A DNA stretch of 30,584 nt from an uncultured Clostridia bacterium (GTDB lineage Bacteria > Bacillota > Clostridia > Christensenellales > UBA1242), in the NCBI GenBank assembly GCA_947628195.1, contig CANQZB010000001.1:1-30584 (forward strand), in the 5' to 3' direction. The notes below the pieces were generated by a model, which searched no databases, was not told where the DNA came from, and saw only the letters and a list, made by a program, of their open reading frames with translations. The translations under genes and the position numbers were made by a program. Positions 17,501-23,771 of this stretch are shown here, one piece after another (positions within the stretch are counted from its first letter, which is position 1; the number at the start of each line of letters is the position of its first letter).

Positions 17501-18525
17501 TAACTTCTAGTAATAAAATAACGCCAAAAGGGCAGTTTGAATTAAGTGAAATTTTCCCTGTTGGAACATATAAGGAAGAAGATGCAGATAAAGTTATAAT
17601 AGGCGTTGGTGAATCTGCGCAAAAGAACTGGGTTGAAACTGGCGAAATTAAAGAAGATTCAAATAGTGACGCCAATGCAACTGTAATAAAAATTGGGCAA
17701 ACCCAATATAAATTATATTCGGTAACATACTCTAGTGACGCTTCATCTGATTTATACTCAATTAGTGAAAAATTCTATTATGTTACAAAAGAAGGTGGCA
17801 ACCAATTTATATTCCTTGTTTATAATCCAAAGGCGGCTGATTACAGCACCTTTACTGTAAATTATGCGGATAATCAAGATTCAACAGCAGATTTAACCGG
17901 TAAATTCATAAAATACTTCAATGACGATAATGGTACATTTACAAAAGAAACATATAAAAATGATGGAGATTTCCCTATTTCGGTAAGTAGTGAAAACCCC
18001 GAATTGAATGATGCTTTGAAGGACATAAACGACCCCACTTCAATTACATTAACGCATGACAATTTAATTGAAATTAAAAATAACAATCCAGACAAAACTT
18101 ATGTGGATATTAACTTCACCGCAGTGCATGATGGAGTAACTGTAAATTTTGTTGTTACTTTCTATTTGCCACCAAAGCCTATGATTAATGTAAATCTTAA
18201 CTCGGAAGTGAATATATCATCGCTGAAAATACCTGTTATAAATGATGATGTAAAAGAATTTGCTAGCTTGAGTGAAAATTACAACAAAGTGCGTTCGGTG
18301 GAAGAAGTTTCTTCAACATACACAACAATATCTCTCACGCAGAATGATTCAGATGATAGTCATTTAGTTACAGGCGTTACAATTAGTTTAAACTTAGAAA
18401 GCATTAGCGCCTATTTTACCAACAACAACGAAGCCAAATATCTTGACATAAACATTACAATAACCACAACCGATAATTTGACATTATCATTTGTAATTCG
18501 CGTTAACAAAGCGGAAAGTGAATAA
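8578..18525 (+). CDS. Giant (3315 aa) N-terminally membrane-anchored, beta-rich surface protein of unknown function
   Basis: Uninterrupted 9.9-kb ORF with SD AGGTGG. It starts MAKKIFK plus about 22 hydrophobic residues. The rest is N/T/S/Y/F-rich with alternating beta-strand patterns. There is no LPxTG, SLH or C-terminal TM segment. Confidence 0.9.
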   Translation: MAKKIFKVIAITLASIIGFAGVVFGVLALMGKFKEPVVYPEELTFLESEQTIVYDGEANNKYSFTLTGTASGDHVVNRRVCYLSFDQGEDLITLLDSNGEELEHVENTLYYKVLCNEPIYYKVNGNAELDVTKAEFGKVVMKARDERERVRSNTQTIWIDRAVTDVYLKDYKYDKTPDLASQEISLNINQELSFAQSSFYALPEYSLNPISAEQAKNVKVYYDDQTGRDLIEISEELPFIEKDEDENLYFKSSESGTSYKFVVAVFNSYKAESDYVGTNLQYPNQEKVDNMVSTILNVSVANKDIDSVEIKEQLNLNLYKETEFSLTDIGLTMTKDGEITDRFNEASFTLNENRVWQNTNLKFENSDASKTITFIDSTIVKITGFDNLADGSYTYSISINGGNISINTLNLTINYGSNSTDNKRITINSKNSIRDLTFGLDNFTCVNGSAFVENNHLTMLKTGSYLDFFTTDADNYSLANEFNYEPTQLTTTGTKSFSILTKNYVSELQLGVLVVNSDGKMYSAFQIANVLPVETDPTFKTKNVNLNINYVKNGDVVEPSYEEFALTDLINENNSSYNAFVMITPSGNSCVETLNNFNCTISDQQYVLVGYLNEAGAFVNSIKVNENAETKTCSIYLLRLKNAFEQSAEDLIENSTQLTDIVAGDVNTYVNDSYEVKVNLNYEFNPDFVDIAYDDDDYILANDDVLKILENTKSHTLKLTSSCWDMLVKADITLEDISILMGGNVIDTSSLVIDSLVIEDAVLNNQFILITFNVGDARVNRENVEEEFEIQILPKNANRPVKTKPIVVANSEPTDIVLNLEEDNVIKLYTSSDDANQANTYLKILISYNTETAGYDYKYCIVQNGEEEGYHPLNEIAQLFNKKTNGTSGFIGNPQYAGFEFDIIYTLANGDLFDLDNLQVKGVGETTLAISIGSVTKYFGFKITTDENFEFKAEQNYSVQNTTATIKDFVTYEYQDEDLASLIEIDFNSLKGAIGGEPLEISPLGGNYENGCQLTHNGSVILNITKNGDGIWQFSRSSEQNSTLTLNFDVKVLTHSAQRVNLSFISALMVDVNTDYFENLYADTTVLMYEIITEKSELKNQPYFIITNKTGDDASITVKFSKGNTIESDMSATLMLEEGTYTVNFYQNEVEFASKEITVLPNVIISDKTDLTLESYTDYSDFVPTYFTLESYKNDITYGVQDFYTKDQLETLSYTTSLSIKEVETLGDDGSDILTFAGNTLTTGWIEKISDFKTVEIQFVYNNKDLGAGNVKFADGVVQLTITNKYDKYFKNLNSYELMAFVGSDKFVNNLSSSISGLSLTKIEVNESFSTNKTIEFNTAGKAITLTTAITEKINNIPLIFTFNINSKTLTYKNTDNINEDLNITISLTPYKPEQNATSAVMGENVNLIKDVLTITDAGTGDVKTEIANNVESIKITEISNKNALANYEIVIGSGYENGSSLEDIPTALLAKLQENEIKLTIYYTISYTTGGEFVFSYELTIKNEMSLNITYPYSDLSAQNVSFAFVAGEDAEHAKSALDKDGDGTIDQPFNYEPVSMGQTITFGYDENLNITRSTNAQNTEDDLKISLVAYFNEPLTRNYYLANNIEINESLKSVTFRNSAVFTYGYFIFKLTTSTGYSAYYFVRLQNISNYVADDYSFTSKDVQSDALATYAGVLDTLDLTKDFKLKNVSTDNISLYILNATGLDGSTFKYGDVNYSGTTLENDVEVGYARYSKVNAETMPSVKNYTNVKLALVYKNSSTEFCIGTVNLYLKPEGVTVEKVAGDVKYISGVDTGEYTYERTNGTGKFANPFTVTGCTFESLEIESENETDGIVSVGADNSINFEKYINNRNLEFTAVYTYNIDSANFVLKLHITYKGLELDLSKETLTVGEFKKESGFNTKLSISEYFGEYKGEVNIIGKGLNYTIDLAKNKITSNDNGSMLSYETGKYYLTFTQSSSAQKIEFTMTFTDLAGSYSKQFEINVKENYSVQAETSPNSGNLQSLALYATANGTYTSKVGGYIDIEKTEGSSYYSYKIGGLTFYCAKNSSYKIKIELSNARYSANDNSAVEFSVGGQFNFIHMPIDSQIVHLTISLINGSDSLINRDFYVRLPQTYVTLQAQYLLQSDNDAIVDHENVASGSNITIDELFNSKVDNNYLNKYRFKLIVLKDGRQQEAEGFNLSAMGFTDQNNLNYISDDYVVVGDNASYTSSGRKITFSQVETNTLSTLSLKNELLPNPFTYQFQIMADAVDGFNFNGDAVYGTDYASINYNDLKNNQSKQVRVAEWKDARNTILYLKSIGEKTPQSTTGNLPFNIAEKAYSFVDDFGTLQISLNAQKQLIVELVDPNSEFKKLQFSLTFVGNGGQDVCLNIYFFNYEIGAYSAVEQYAGENYSLANIITLPEDLTLEYLENESTFTYKRDTYECGASNPYKLFTVDAGNKTLNLFSVSEDATLNLKFAIKDGDVIVKEVSLTVTQKRNIQFKINDETLPYGNTFDSNYILNNANDSNLTSSANFPYSEDLASQEHNDNGTITYGNVIYLKDLWADVYSINKDSKIEDLTIRYSLRDSYDGVSIKDNKIEFSKDFTGVLRLTLSVTTRAGVSVEDLYSVNWDINVQGFVNYVYNNTTHSENYIMRNSGTAFAGGTSVNVISNLGNALGCAITTSNTFADEKIKVETPEFTYDVNYVVIDSKTSINASEEFANNSRTQAEIVKNEKSQFGFSTKLPYVVTGDNAYIVIYQIKITYLGQISQTYYANYYVSNNSSITPSETNKSINVDSELTSKGNASNYLQLFCYKDEITFQPSESGDAFNGILIYLSNKNYQLNISDGTHAGTWTSLNGVDFTKEESDETLTISSNGTYTLGEGHGSYTSNISSESFFNHTFKNVSEFAQLVDSAYVEFSDMKNYNASEDAQIYFKLEYIENGYFGIHLTEPYKDSSTTELIGSKKPLFNNELNAVIKVFTTLNNKAVVQANLTLTSSNKITPKGQFELSEIFPVGTYKEEDADKVIIGVGESAQKNWVETGEIKEDSNSDANATVIKIGQTQYKLYSVTYSSDASSDLYSISEKFYYVTKEGGNQFIFLVYNPKAADYSTFTVNYADNQDSTADLTGKFIKYFNDDNGTFTKETYKNDGDFPISVSSENPELNDALKDINDPTSITLTHDNLIEIKNNNPDKTYVDINFTAVHDGVTVNFVVTFYLPPKPMINVNLNSEVNISSLKIPVINDDVKEFASLSENYNKVRSVEEVSSTYTTISLTQNDSDDSHLVTGVTISLNLESISAYFTNNNEAKYLDINITITTTDNLTLSFVIRVNKAESE
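10824..10853 (+). repeat. In-frame 15-bp tandem duplication
   Basis: TAGCCTTGTAATAGA occurs twice, encoding SLVID-SLVIE. Confidence 0.9.
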
Positions 18526-18552
18526 AAGAGCCTAAATGGCTCTTTTGTTTTT
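18524..18552 (+). terminator. Intrinsic terminator after the giant gene
   Basis: AAAAGAGCC-TAAAT-GGCTCTTTT-GTTTTT. Confidence 0.85.
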
Positions 18553-18582
18553 TAAAAAAATTTTTTAAACCGCGCTAAATTG

Positions 18583-18611
18583 TTGACAAATAAAACATTT
18601 TTACTTAAAAT
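18583..18611 (+). promoter_or_regulatory. Promoter of the orf-sepF-lspA-rluD operon
   Basis: TTGACA (18583-18588), 17 bp, TAAAAT (18606-18611). Confidence 0.7.
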
Positions 18612-18631
18612 AGAATTAAGAGGTGAATTTT

Positions 18632-18874
18632 ATGGCAAATTTATCTACAGAAGAATTTGAAAACAAATGTATGGACATTATTGAAAAATGCGTGGCGGCA
18701 GACAAAAAAATGCAAAAGGCAAACGCAATTAAAATTGCAGAAAAGATGTTGGAAAATGCCAAGGCAAAAACAAGCAATAAAAACATTATTGCTATTTATG
18801 AACGCGTTATAAAAGAGTTCAACATTGCTTCAGATGAAGAATATGTTATGCTTTGGAAGCAGATTTGGAGTTAG
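18632..18874 (+). CDS. Small helical hypothetical protein (80 aa)
   Basis: ATG 18632 follows SD GAGGTG; the track's GTG 18623 lies inside that SD. The stop is 9 bp before sepF. Confidence 0.75.
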   Translation: MANLSTEEFENKCMDIIEKCVAADKKMQKANAIKIAEKMLENAKAKTSNKNIIAIYERVIKEFNIASDEEYVMLWKQIWS

Positions 18875-18883
18875 TAATCAATT

Positions 18884-19339
18884 ATGGGTTTTTTTGATTG
18901 GGTTATGCACGGTTTAGGGTTTGAAGGGAAAAGCGACAAAAAAAACAGCAAAACCAAAACTGAAGATGATAAGTATGCTAACTTTAATCTTCATGAGCGA
19001 GTAGCGGGCGAAACCGAAAATTTGGAAACTGTTTCATCAAACACAAACAGCTTTAATTCGTTTGGAATGCAAGCAGAATCAAATATAATTATGGTTGAGC
19101 CAAAAACGCAAAAGGAAATTCAGCAGGTGGTGGATTACCTTAAACAAGGGCAATCTGTTGCCGTAAATTTAGAGGGAATATCTTCAGCCGATAGCAACCG
19201 TATTCTTGACTTTTTGTCTGGCGCTATATATGGCATAAATGGCAGTATTCATCGCTGGCATGGAGATTTATTTTTGCTTACGCCAGAAGGTAGAAAAATT
19301 TTGCGCCCAGAAGGCAATTCTGGCGAAAATAAAAGTTAA
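18884..19339 (+). CDS. sepF: Cell division protein SepF
   Basis: N-terminal amphipathic MGFFDWVMHGLGF, followed by the core IIMVEPKTQKEIQQVVDYLK..QSVAVNLE...RILDFLSGAIYGINGSI...LFLLTP. Confidence 0.92.
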   Translation: MGFFDWVMHGLGFEGKSDKKNSKTKTEDDKYANFNLHERVAGETENLETVSSNTNSFNSFGMQAESNIIMVEPKTQKEIQQVVDYLKQGQSVAVNLEGISSADSNRILDFLSGAIYGINGSIHRWHGDLFLLTPEGRKILRPEGNSGENKS

Positions 19340-19357
19340 TAAATTGCTTTTTGTTTA

Positions 19358-19825
19358 ATGAAAAAATGGATAATAATATTAAGTTCAATTATTGGTGTGT
19401 TGGTGATTGATTTAGTCACCAAACATTTTTTATTTTCAGTTGAATATTTTAACATTATTCCTAATGTAATTAGCATTGCATCAAATGGTGGCAACAGTGG
19501 CATTGCGTTTGGCATGTTTTCGGGCAACACAATTATGTTAATAATTATAAGTTTGGTGCTAATTGTGGCTTTATTTATATTTAACTATTTTGTTAAAAAT
19601 AAAAACGTGCTTTACTGTTTGTCGTTTGGGTTTATAATTGGTGGCGCACTTGGGAATTTGGTGGATAGAGTTTTCCTTTCTTCCCACGCGGTTAGAGATT
19701 TTATTTTTCTAGATTTTTGGCCAACATTTCCAACCTTTAATTTTGCCGATAGTTTTTTAACAGTGGGGGCAATATTAATGGCAATCTATTTAATATTTAT
19801 GGCGGGCAAAAATGAAAAAACATAA
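19358..19825 (+). CDS. lspA: Lipoprotein signal peptidase II
   Basis: D(L)VTK, NSGIAFG, GGALGNLVDR, VRDFI and FNFADS are present, with 4 TM segments. Confidence 0.95.
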   Translation: MKKWIIILSSIIGVLVIDLVTKHFLFSVEYFNIIPNVISIASNGGNSGIAFGMFSGNTIMLIIISLVLIVALFIFNYFVKNKNVLYCLSFGFIIGGALGNLVDRVFLSSHAVRDFIFLDFWPTFPTFNFADSFLTVGAILMAIYLIFMAGKNEKT

Positions 19826-20705
19826 TTTCAAGTGTGATGAAACGGGCGTGCGTTTAGATGTGTTTTTAACCAAACACACCACCTTAACACGCAGTTACAT
19901 TAAAACGTTAAATGATGAAAAATTAATACGCGTTAATGGCAAGTTTGTAAAATCTGGTTATAGCCTTAATGCGGGTGATGAAATTGAATTAACCGAAAAA
20001 GAAATTGAACAAATTTCTGCCGGGCCGGAAGATATTCCGCTTAACATCGTTTATGAAGATGAAGACTTGCTTGTTATTAACAAACAAGTTGGCTTGGTGG
20101 TGCATCCTTGCAGTACAACAAAATCTCATACGCTTGTAAATGCGCTGATGTATCATATTAAAGATTTATCTTCAATTAACGGCGTTTTGCGCCCGGGCAT
20201 AGTGCACAGGTTGGATAAAGATACTGGCGGGCTTATGCTTGTTGCAAAAAACGATGCTAGCCACAAAGAACTTTCTAAACAACTTAAAGATAAAACTCTA
20301 AATAGAGAATACAAAGCCTTAATAAAGGGCAGAATTAAAGACGATTTTGTGGTTGAAGGCTATTTGGGTCGTAACCCCAAAAATCGCGAGCAGATGGCAT
20401 TGGTGGGCGAAGCAAATGGCAAGTATAGCAAAACTTTATTTACAATAGATAAAGTTTATGAGCATTACACTTTGTTAAACTGTAAACTTTACACGGGCAG
20501 AACGCATCAAATACGCGCACATTTAAAAAGCGTTGGGCACCCTATTGTGGGCGATACTCTATATGGCGGAGCTGATAAAATATATTCAAGCGGGCAATTA
20601 TTGTTTGCATATAAGATTTCGTTTGTTCACCCCAAAACACACAAGAAAATGACTTTTGAAATAGATTTGCCCGATTATTTTAAAGAAATTTTAAAAAAGT
20701 TATAA
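19812..20705 (+). CDS. rluD: RluA/RluD family 23S rRNA pseudouridine synthase
   Basis: N-terminal S4-like domain (GVRLDVFL), RPGIVHRLDKDTGG with the catalytic Asp, TGRTHQIRAH and PIVGDTLYG. The lspA-rluD synteny is typical. Confidence 0.92.
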   Translation: MKKHNFKCDETGVRLDVFLTKHTTLTRSYIKTLNDEKLIRVNGKFVKSGYSLNAGDEIELTEKEIEQISAGPEDIPLNIVYEDEDLLVINKQVGLVVHPCSTTKSHTLVNALMYHIKDLSSINGVLRPGIVHRLDKDTGGLMLVAKNDASHKELSKQLKDKTLNREYKALIKGRIKDDFVVEGYLGRNPKNREQMALVGEANGKYSKTLFTIDKVYEHYTLLNCKLYTGRTHQIRAHLKSVGHPIVGDTLYGGADKIYSSGQLLFAYKISFVHPKTHKKMTFEIDLPDYFKEILKKL

Positions 20706-20848
20706 AATTAGGCCAAATTTTTAAAAAATTTAATAAATTTAACCGATTTTTCAAAAAAATCATAAAATTTTTACTGATTTTTTAAAAAAAACTAAAAAGT
20801 TTAAAGATAAAAATTTTTTGCGAAACAACAAAAAAGTGTCAATTTTAA

Positions 20849-20878
20849 TTGCTAAACTTAAAAATGTTGTGATATAAT
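20849..20878 (+). promoter_or_regulatory. Extended -10 promoter
   Basis: TTGCTA (20849-20854), 18 bp, TG-A-TATAAT (20873-20878). SD GGAGGG follows. Confidence 0.6.
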
Positions 20879-20896
20879 AAAAATAGGAGGGTGTAA

Positions 20897-21169
20897 ATGA
20901 AGAATAAAGGATTAATTAACTTTTTAGCTTACATTGCTATTGCGTTTGTTGCCGTTGCTCTTGTGCTTGGTAGTGTGTTCAACTGGATCTTTGGCAAAGG
21001 TTCTACAATCGTTACGGCTATGAATTTAATTGCCCAAATCATTGCTTATGCAATTACCGCTATTTTTGCTTTCTATTATGCAAAAGGCAGAAAGAGCATT
21101 GGCTGGATGATCGCTTTTGTGGTGTTCATCATTATCATAGTTGTATTCTTGGTTGTTGGATTATTCTAA
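20897..21169 (+). CDS. Small membrane protein (90 aa, about 3 TM)
   Basis: Strong SD and three hydrophobic segments. Confidence 0.8.
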   Translation: MKNKGLINFLAYIAIAFVAVALVLGSVFNWIFGKGSTIVTAMNLIAQIIAYAITAIFAFYYAKGRKSIGWMIAFVVFIIIIVVFLVVGLF

Positions 21170-21508
21170 ATGAAAAAATTTAATTTCAAACTCGCCATTT
21201 CACTGGTGAGTTTATTTATAAGTATAGTATTGATTTTGTTGAGCAAGTATAGTAAATATTGCTTTTCTTTTGCCATGATTTTTTTAGCAGTGGCGCTTGT
21301 TTTGTTTGTTGCAGATAAAGTTGCCATTATTGGCGAAAGAATAAATCAGGCAAATTCTTATTTAGAAAGCGATGATTTTAATGCTGATGAAATATATGAA
21401 GTTAGCAGTCAGGCAAAAAAATTAGCTAAACAGCGAATATCTTTTATTTTGGGCACCGTTGTGTTTGTTATTCTATTTATTGTGCTGGCTTTTACAGTGT
21501 CTGTTTAA
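21170..21508 (+). CDS. Small membrane protein (112 aa, about 3 TM)
   Basis: Its ATG immediately follows the upstream TAA. It has two N-terminal TM segments, a charged loop and a C-terminal TM segment. Confidence 0.75.
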   Translation: MKKFNFKLAISLVSLFISIVLILLSKYSKYCFSFAMIFLAVALVLFVADKVAIIGERINQANSYLESDDFNADEIYEVSSQAKKLAKQRISFILGTVVFVILFIVLAFTVSV

Positions 21509-21549
21509 TTTATTAAAAGCAAAATCAATAATTAAAATTTTAAAATCTA

Positions 21550-21578
21550 TTGATTTATTATTTTTTGTGTGATATAAT
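21550..21578 (+). promoter_or_regulatory. tig promoter (extended -10)
   Basis: TTGATT (21550-21555), 17 bp, TG-A-TATAAT (21573-21578). Confidence 0.7.
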
Positions 21579-21600
21579 AGGCAGGTTTAAAGGAGAAATT

Positions 21601-22884
21601 ATGCAATTTGAAATTACAAAAAAAGAAAATGGGGTTTTTGAAGCCCTAATTAAAGTTGAAAAGCAGGAGTGGGAGGCAAGCCTTAATTCCGCTTATGAAA
21701 AAGAAAAAGGAAAATATAACGTTCCCGGATTTAGGAAGGGTCACGCTCCACGCAATGTTATAGAAAAAACTTATGGTGCAGGCGCGTTCTTTAATGGCGC
21801 TATTGATGAGGTTTATTATAAAGCCTACACTCAAATTTTAAAGGAACACAGCGAAATTAAACCTGTTTCCGCACCGGATTTAAACATTAAAAAATTAGAT
21901 GAAACAGGCGTTGAATTTATATTGTCAATCCCTTGTGTGCCGGAATTTACTTTGGCGCAATATAAAGGCCTAACTTTTACAAAACAAAAAATAGAAGTTG
22001 GTGAAAAGGAAGTTAAAGAGGCTATTGATAGGGAATTAATGCGCTCTTCAAGGCTTGTTGAAACCAAAAAATCAGTTAAGAATGATGATTTTGTAACCCT
22101 AGATTTTGACGGATATATTGACGGCAAGCAGTTTGACGGTGGCAAGGCAGAAAATTATCAATTAAAAATTGGCTCTCACTCTTTCATTGACACATTTGAA
22201 GATCAACTTGTTGGCTTAAATATCGGGGATAAAAAGGACGTTGAGGTTACCTTCCCAGCAGATTATCACGAAAAGAGTTTGGCCGGCAAACCTGCAGTGT
22301 TTAAAGTTGAAATTAAAAACATTCGTGAACGCGTTATTCCAGAATTAAATGAGGAATTTGTGTCTAATTCTACCGAATTTAACACTGTTGATGAATATAA
22401 GGCAGGCGTTAAAGATAGATTAATAAAAGAGGCTAATGAGCGTGCCGATGTTGAACTAGATAACGATATGCTAGATAAAATTATCGACGATACAGTTTTA
22501 ACCGCGCCAGAAGCAATGGTTGAAGAAGAAACTAACCGCCAAATTCAAGGCATGACCAACCAAATGAAATATCAAGGCATTCAGTTAGAAGACTATGTTA
22601 AATACATTGGCAAAACAATGGACGAATTTAAGGCAGAAGTGCGCACAAGTTCTGCCCGCAACGTTAAGGCGAGATTGGTGCTTGAAAAACTTATTAGAGA
22701 TGAAAATTTGGATATAACTGAAGCGGATATTGACAAAAAAGTGGAAGAACTTGCAAAATCTGCCAATAAACCCGTAGAAGAATACAAAAAACAAGTTAAT
22801 AATGATTTAGTAAACCAAATTGCAAACGAACTTTTAATGAAAAAACTGCTAGACTTCTTGCACGCAAACAACACAATTAAATAA
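21601..22884 (+). CDS. tig: Trigger factor (427 aa)
   Basis: GFRKGHAP ribosome-binding signature and an FKBP domain (VTLDFDGYIDGKQFDGGKAENY..IGSHSFIDTFEDQLVG). The start is ATG 21601 after AAGGAG. Confidence 0.97.
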   Translation: MQFEITKKENGVFEALIKVEKQEWEASLNSAYEKEKGKYNVPGFRKGHAPRNVIEKTYGAGAFFNGAIDEVYYKAYTQILKEHSEIKPVSAPDLNIKKLDETGVEFILSIPCVPEFTLAQYKGLTFTKQKIEVGEKEVKEAIDRELMRSSRLVETKKSVKNDDFVTLDFDGYIDGKQFDGGKAENYQLKIGSHSFIDTFEDQLVGLNIGDKKDVEVTFPADYHEKSLAGKPAVFKVEIKNIRERVIPELNEEFVSNSTEFNTVDEYKAGVKDRLIKEANERADVELDNDMLDKIIDDTVLTAPEAMVEEETNRQIQGMTNQMKYQGIQLEDYVKYIGKTMDEFKAEVRTSSARNVKARLVLEKLIRDENLDITEADIDKKVEELAKSANKPVEEYKKQVNNDLVNQIANELLMKKLLDFLHANNTIK

Positions 22885-22980
22885 ATTACCCAATAAGAAC
22901 AATGTTCGTAAAGGGGACCAAACCGGGCTCTCACAAGAACTTGTTTTCAAAGTGAGGATATAATAAAAGGAGAAAGTATT

Positions 22981-23559
22981 ATGATACCTATGGTTATTGA
23001 CCAAGTTGGCAATGTTGAACGCAGTTATGACATTTATTCTAGACTACTTGAAGATAGAATAATTTTCTTAACTGATGAAATTACCGACCAAACTGCAAAC
23101 ACAGTTGTTGCACAATTAATTTATTTGGAGGGTAAAAATCCGGATAAGGACATTTATATGTACATTAACAGCCCAGGTGGAAGCGTAACCGCCGGCCTTG
23201 CTATTTATGATACAATGCAATACATTAAATGTGATGTTTCTACCATCTGTATTGGCATGGCAGCAAGCATGGCAGCGGTAATTTTATCTAGCGGGGCAAA
23301 AGGCAAACGCATTTGCTTGCCTCATAGTGAAGTTATGATTCACCAACCACTTGGTGGCGCACAGGGCCAGGCAAGCGATATTGAAATTCACGCAAAACAC
23401 ATTCAAAAAACGCGTGAAACTTTAAACAAAATTTTAGCAGACAACACGGGCAAATCTATTGAAACTATCACTAAGGATACCGACCGTGATAATTTCTTAG
23501 ACGCAAAAGCCGCCCTAAAATATGGCTTAATAGATAAAATTTACGATAAACGCAAGTAA
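22981..23559 (+). CDS. clpP: ATP-dependent Clp protease proteolytic subunit
   Basis: [26 protein letters not shown] (Ser), MIHQP (His) and RDNFL (Asp) are present. Confidence 0.98.
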   Translation: MIPMVIDQVGNVERSYDIYSRLLEDRIIFLTDEITDQTANTVVAQLIYLEGKNPDKDIYMYINSPGGSVTAGLAIYDTMQYIKCDVSTICIGMAASMAAVILSSGAKGKRICLPHSEVMIHQPLGGAQGQASDIEIHAKHIQKTRETLNKILADNTGKSIETITKDTDRDNFLDAKAALKYGLIDKIYDKRK

Positions 23560-23697
23560 AGGACGTTTAAAGGGCGTTTAATTGTTATGGCTCGCTAAAC
23601 GGCGGGTCCTAGTCGCCTAAATTGTTCGCTATAATCAATTAAACCTTTAGGCAATAAGGTTGTAATTATAGCTCGCTGTTGGATTAGACTTCTTTTT
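23560..23697 (+). other. GC-enriched, multiply self-complementary clpP-clpX spacer (candidate structured RNA or MITE remnant)
   Basis: Stems: AGGAC/GTCCT, CGTTTA/TAAACG, GGGC/GCTC, GCTATAAT/ATTATAGC, AACCTT/AAGGTT and GCCTAAA/TTTAGGC. It ends in a T tract. Confidence 0.55.
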
Positions 23698-23771
23698 AAA
23701 TAAATAAAAATACAAATTTTTTGTATTAAAAATAAATATAGTTAAATAATAATGAAAGTAGGGGGAAAGTT

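Noticed and set aside
22895-22948. Canonical LexA (Cheo) or CtsR boxes before clpP
   Set aside because: The GAAC/GTTC spacing is N3 or mismatched, and there is no RGTCAAA-N3-RGTCAAA tandem. It is kept only as an unassigned palindrome pair.
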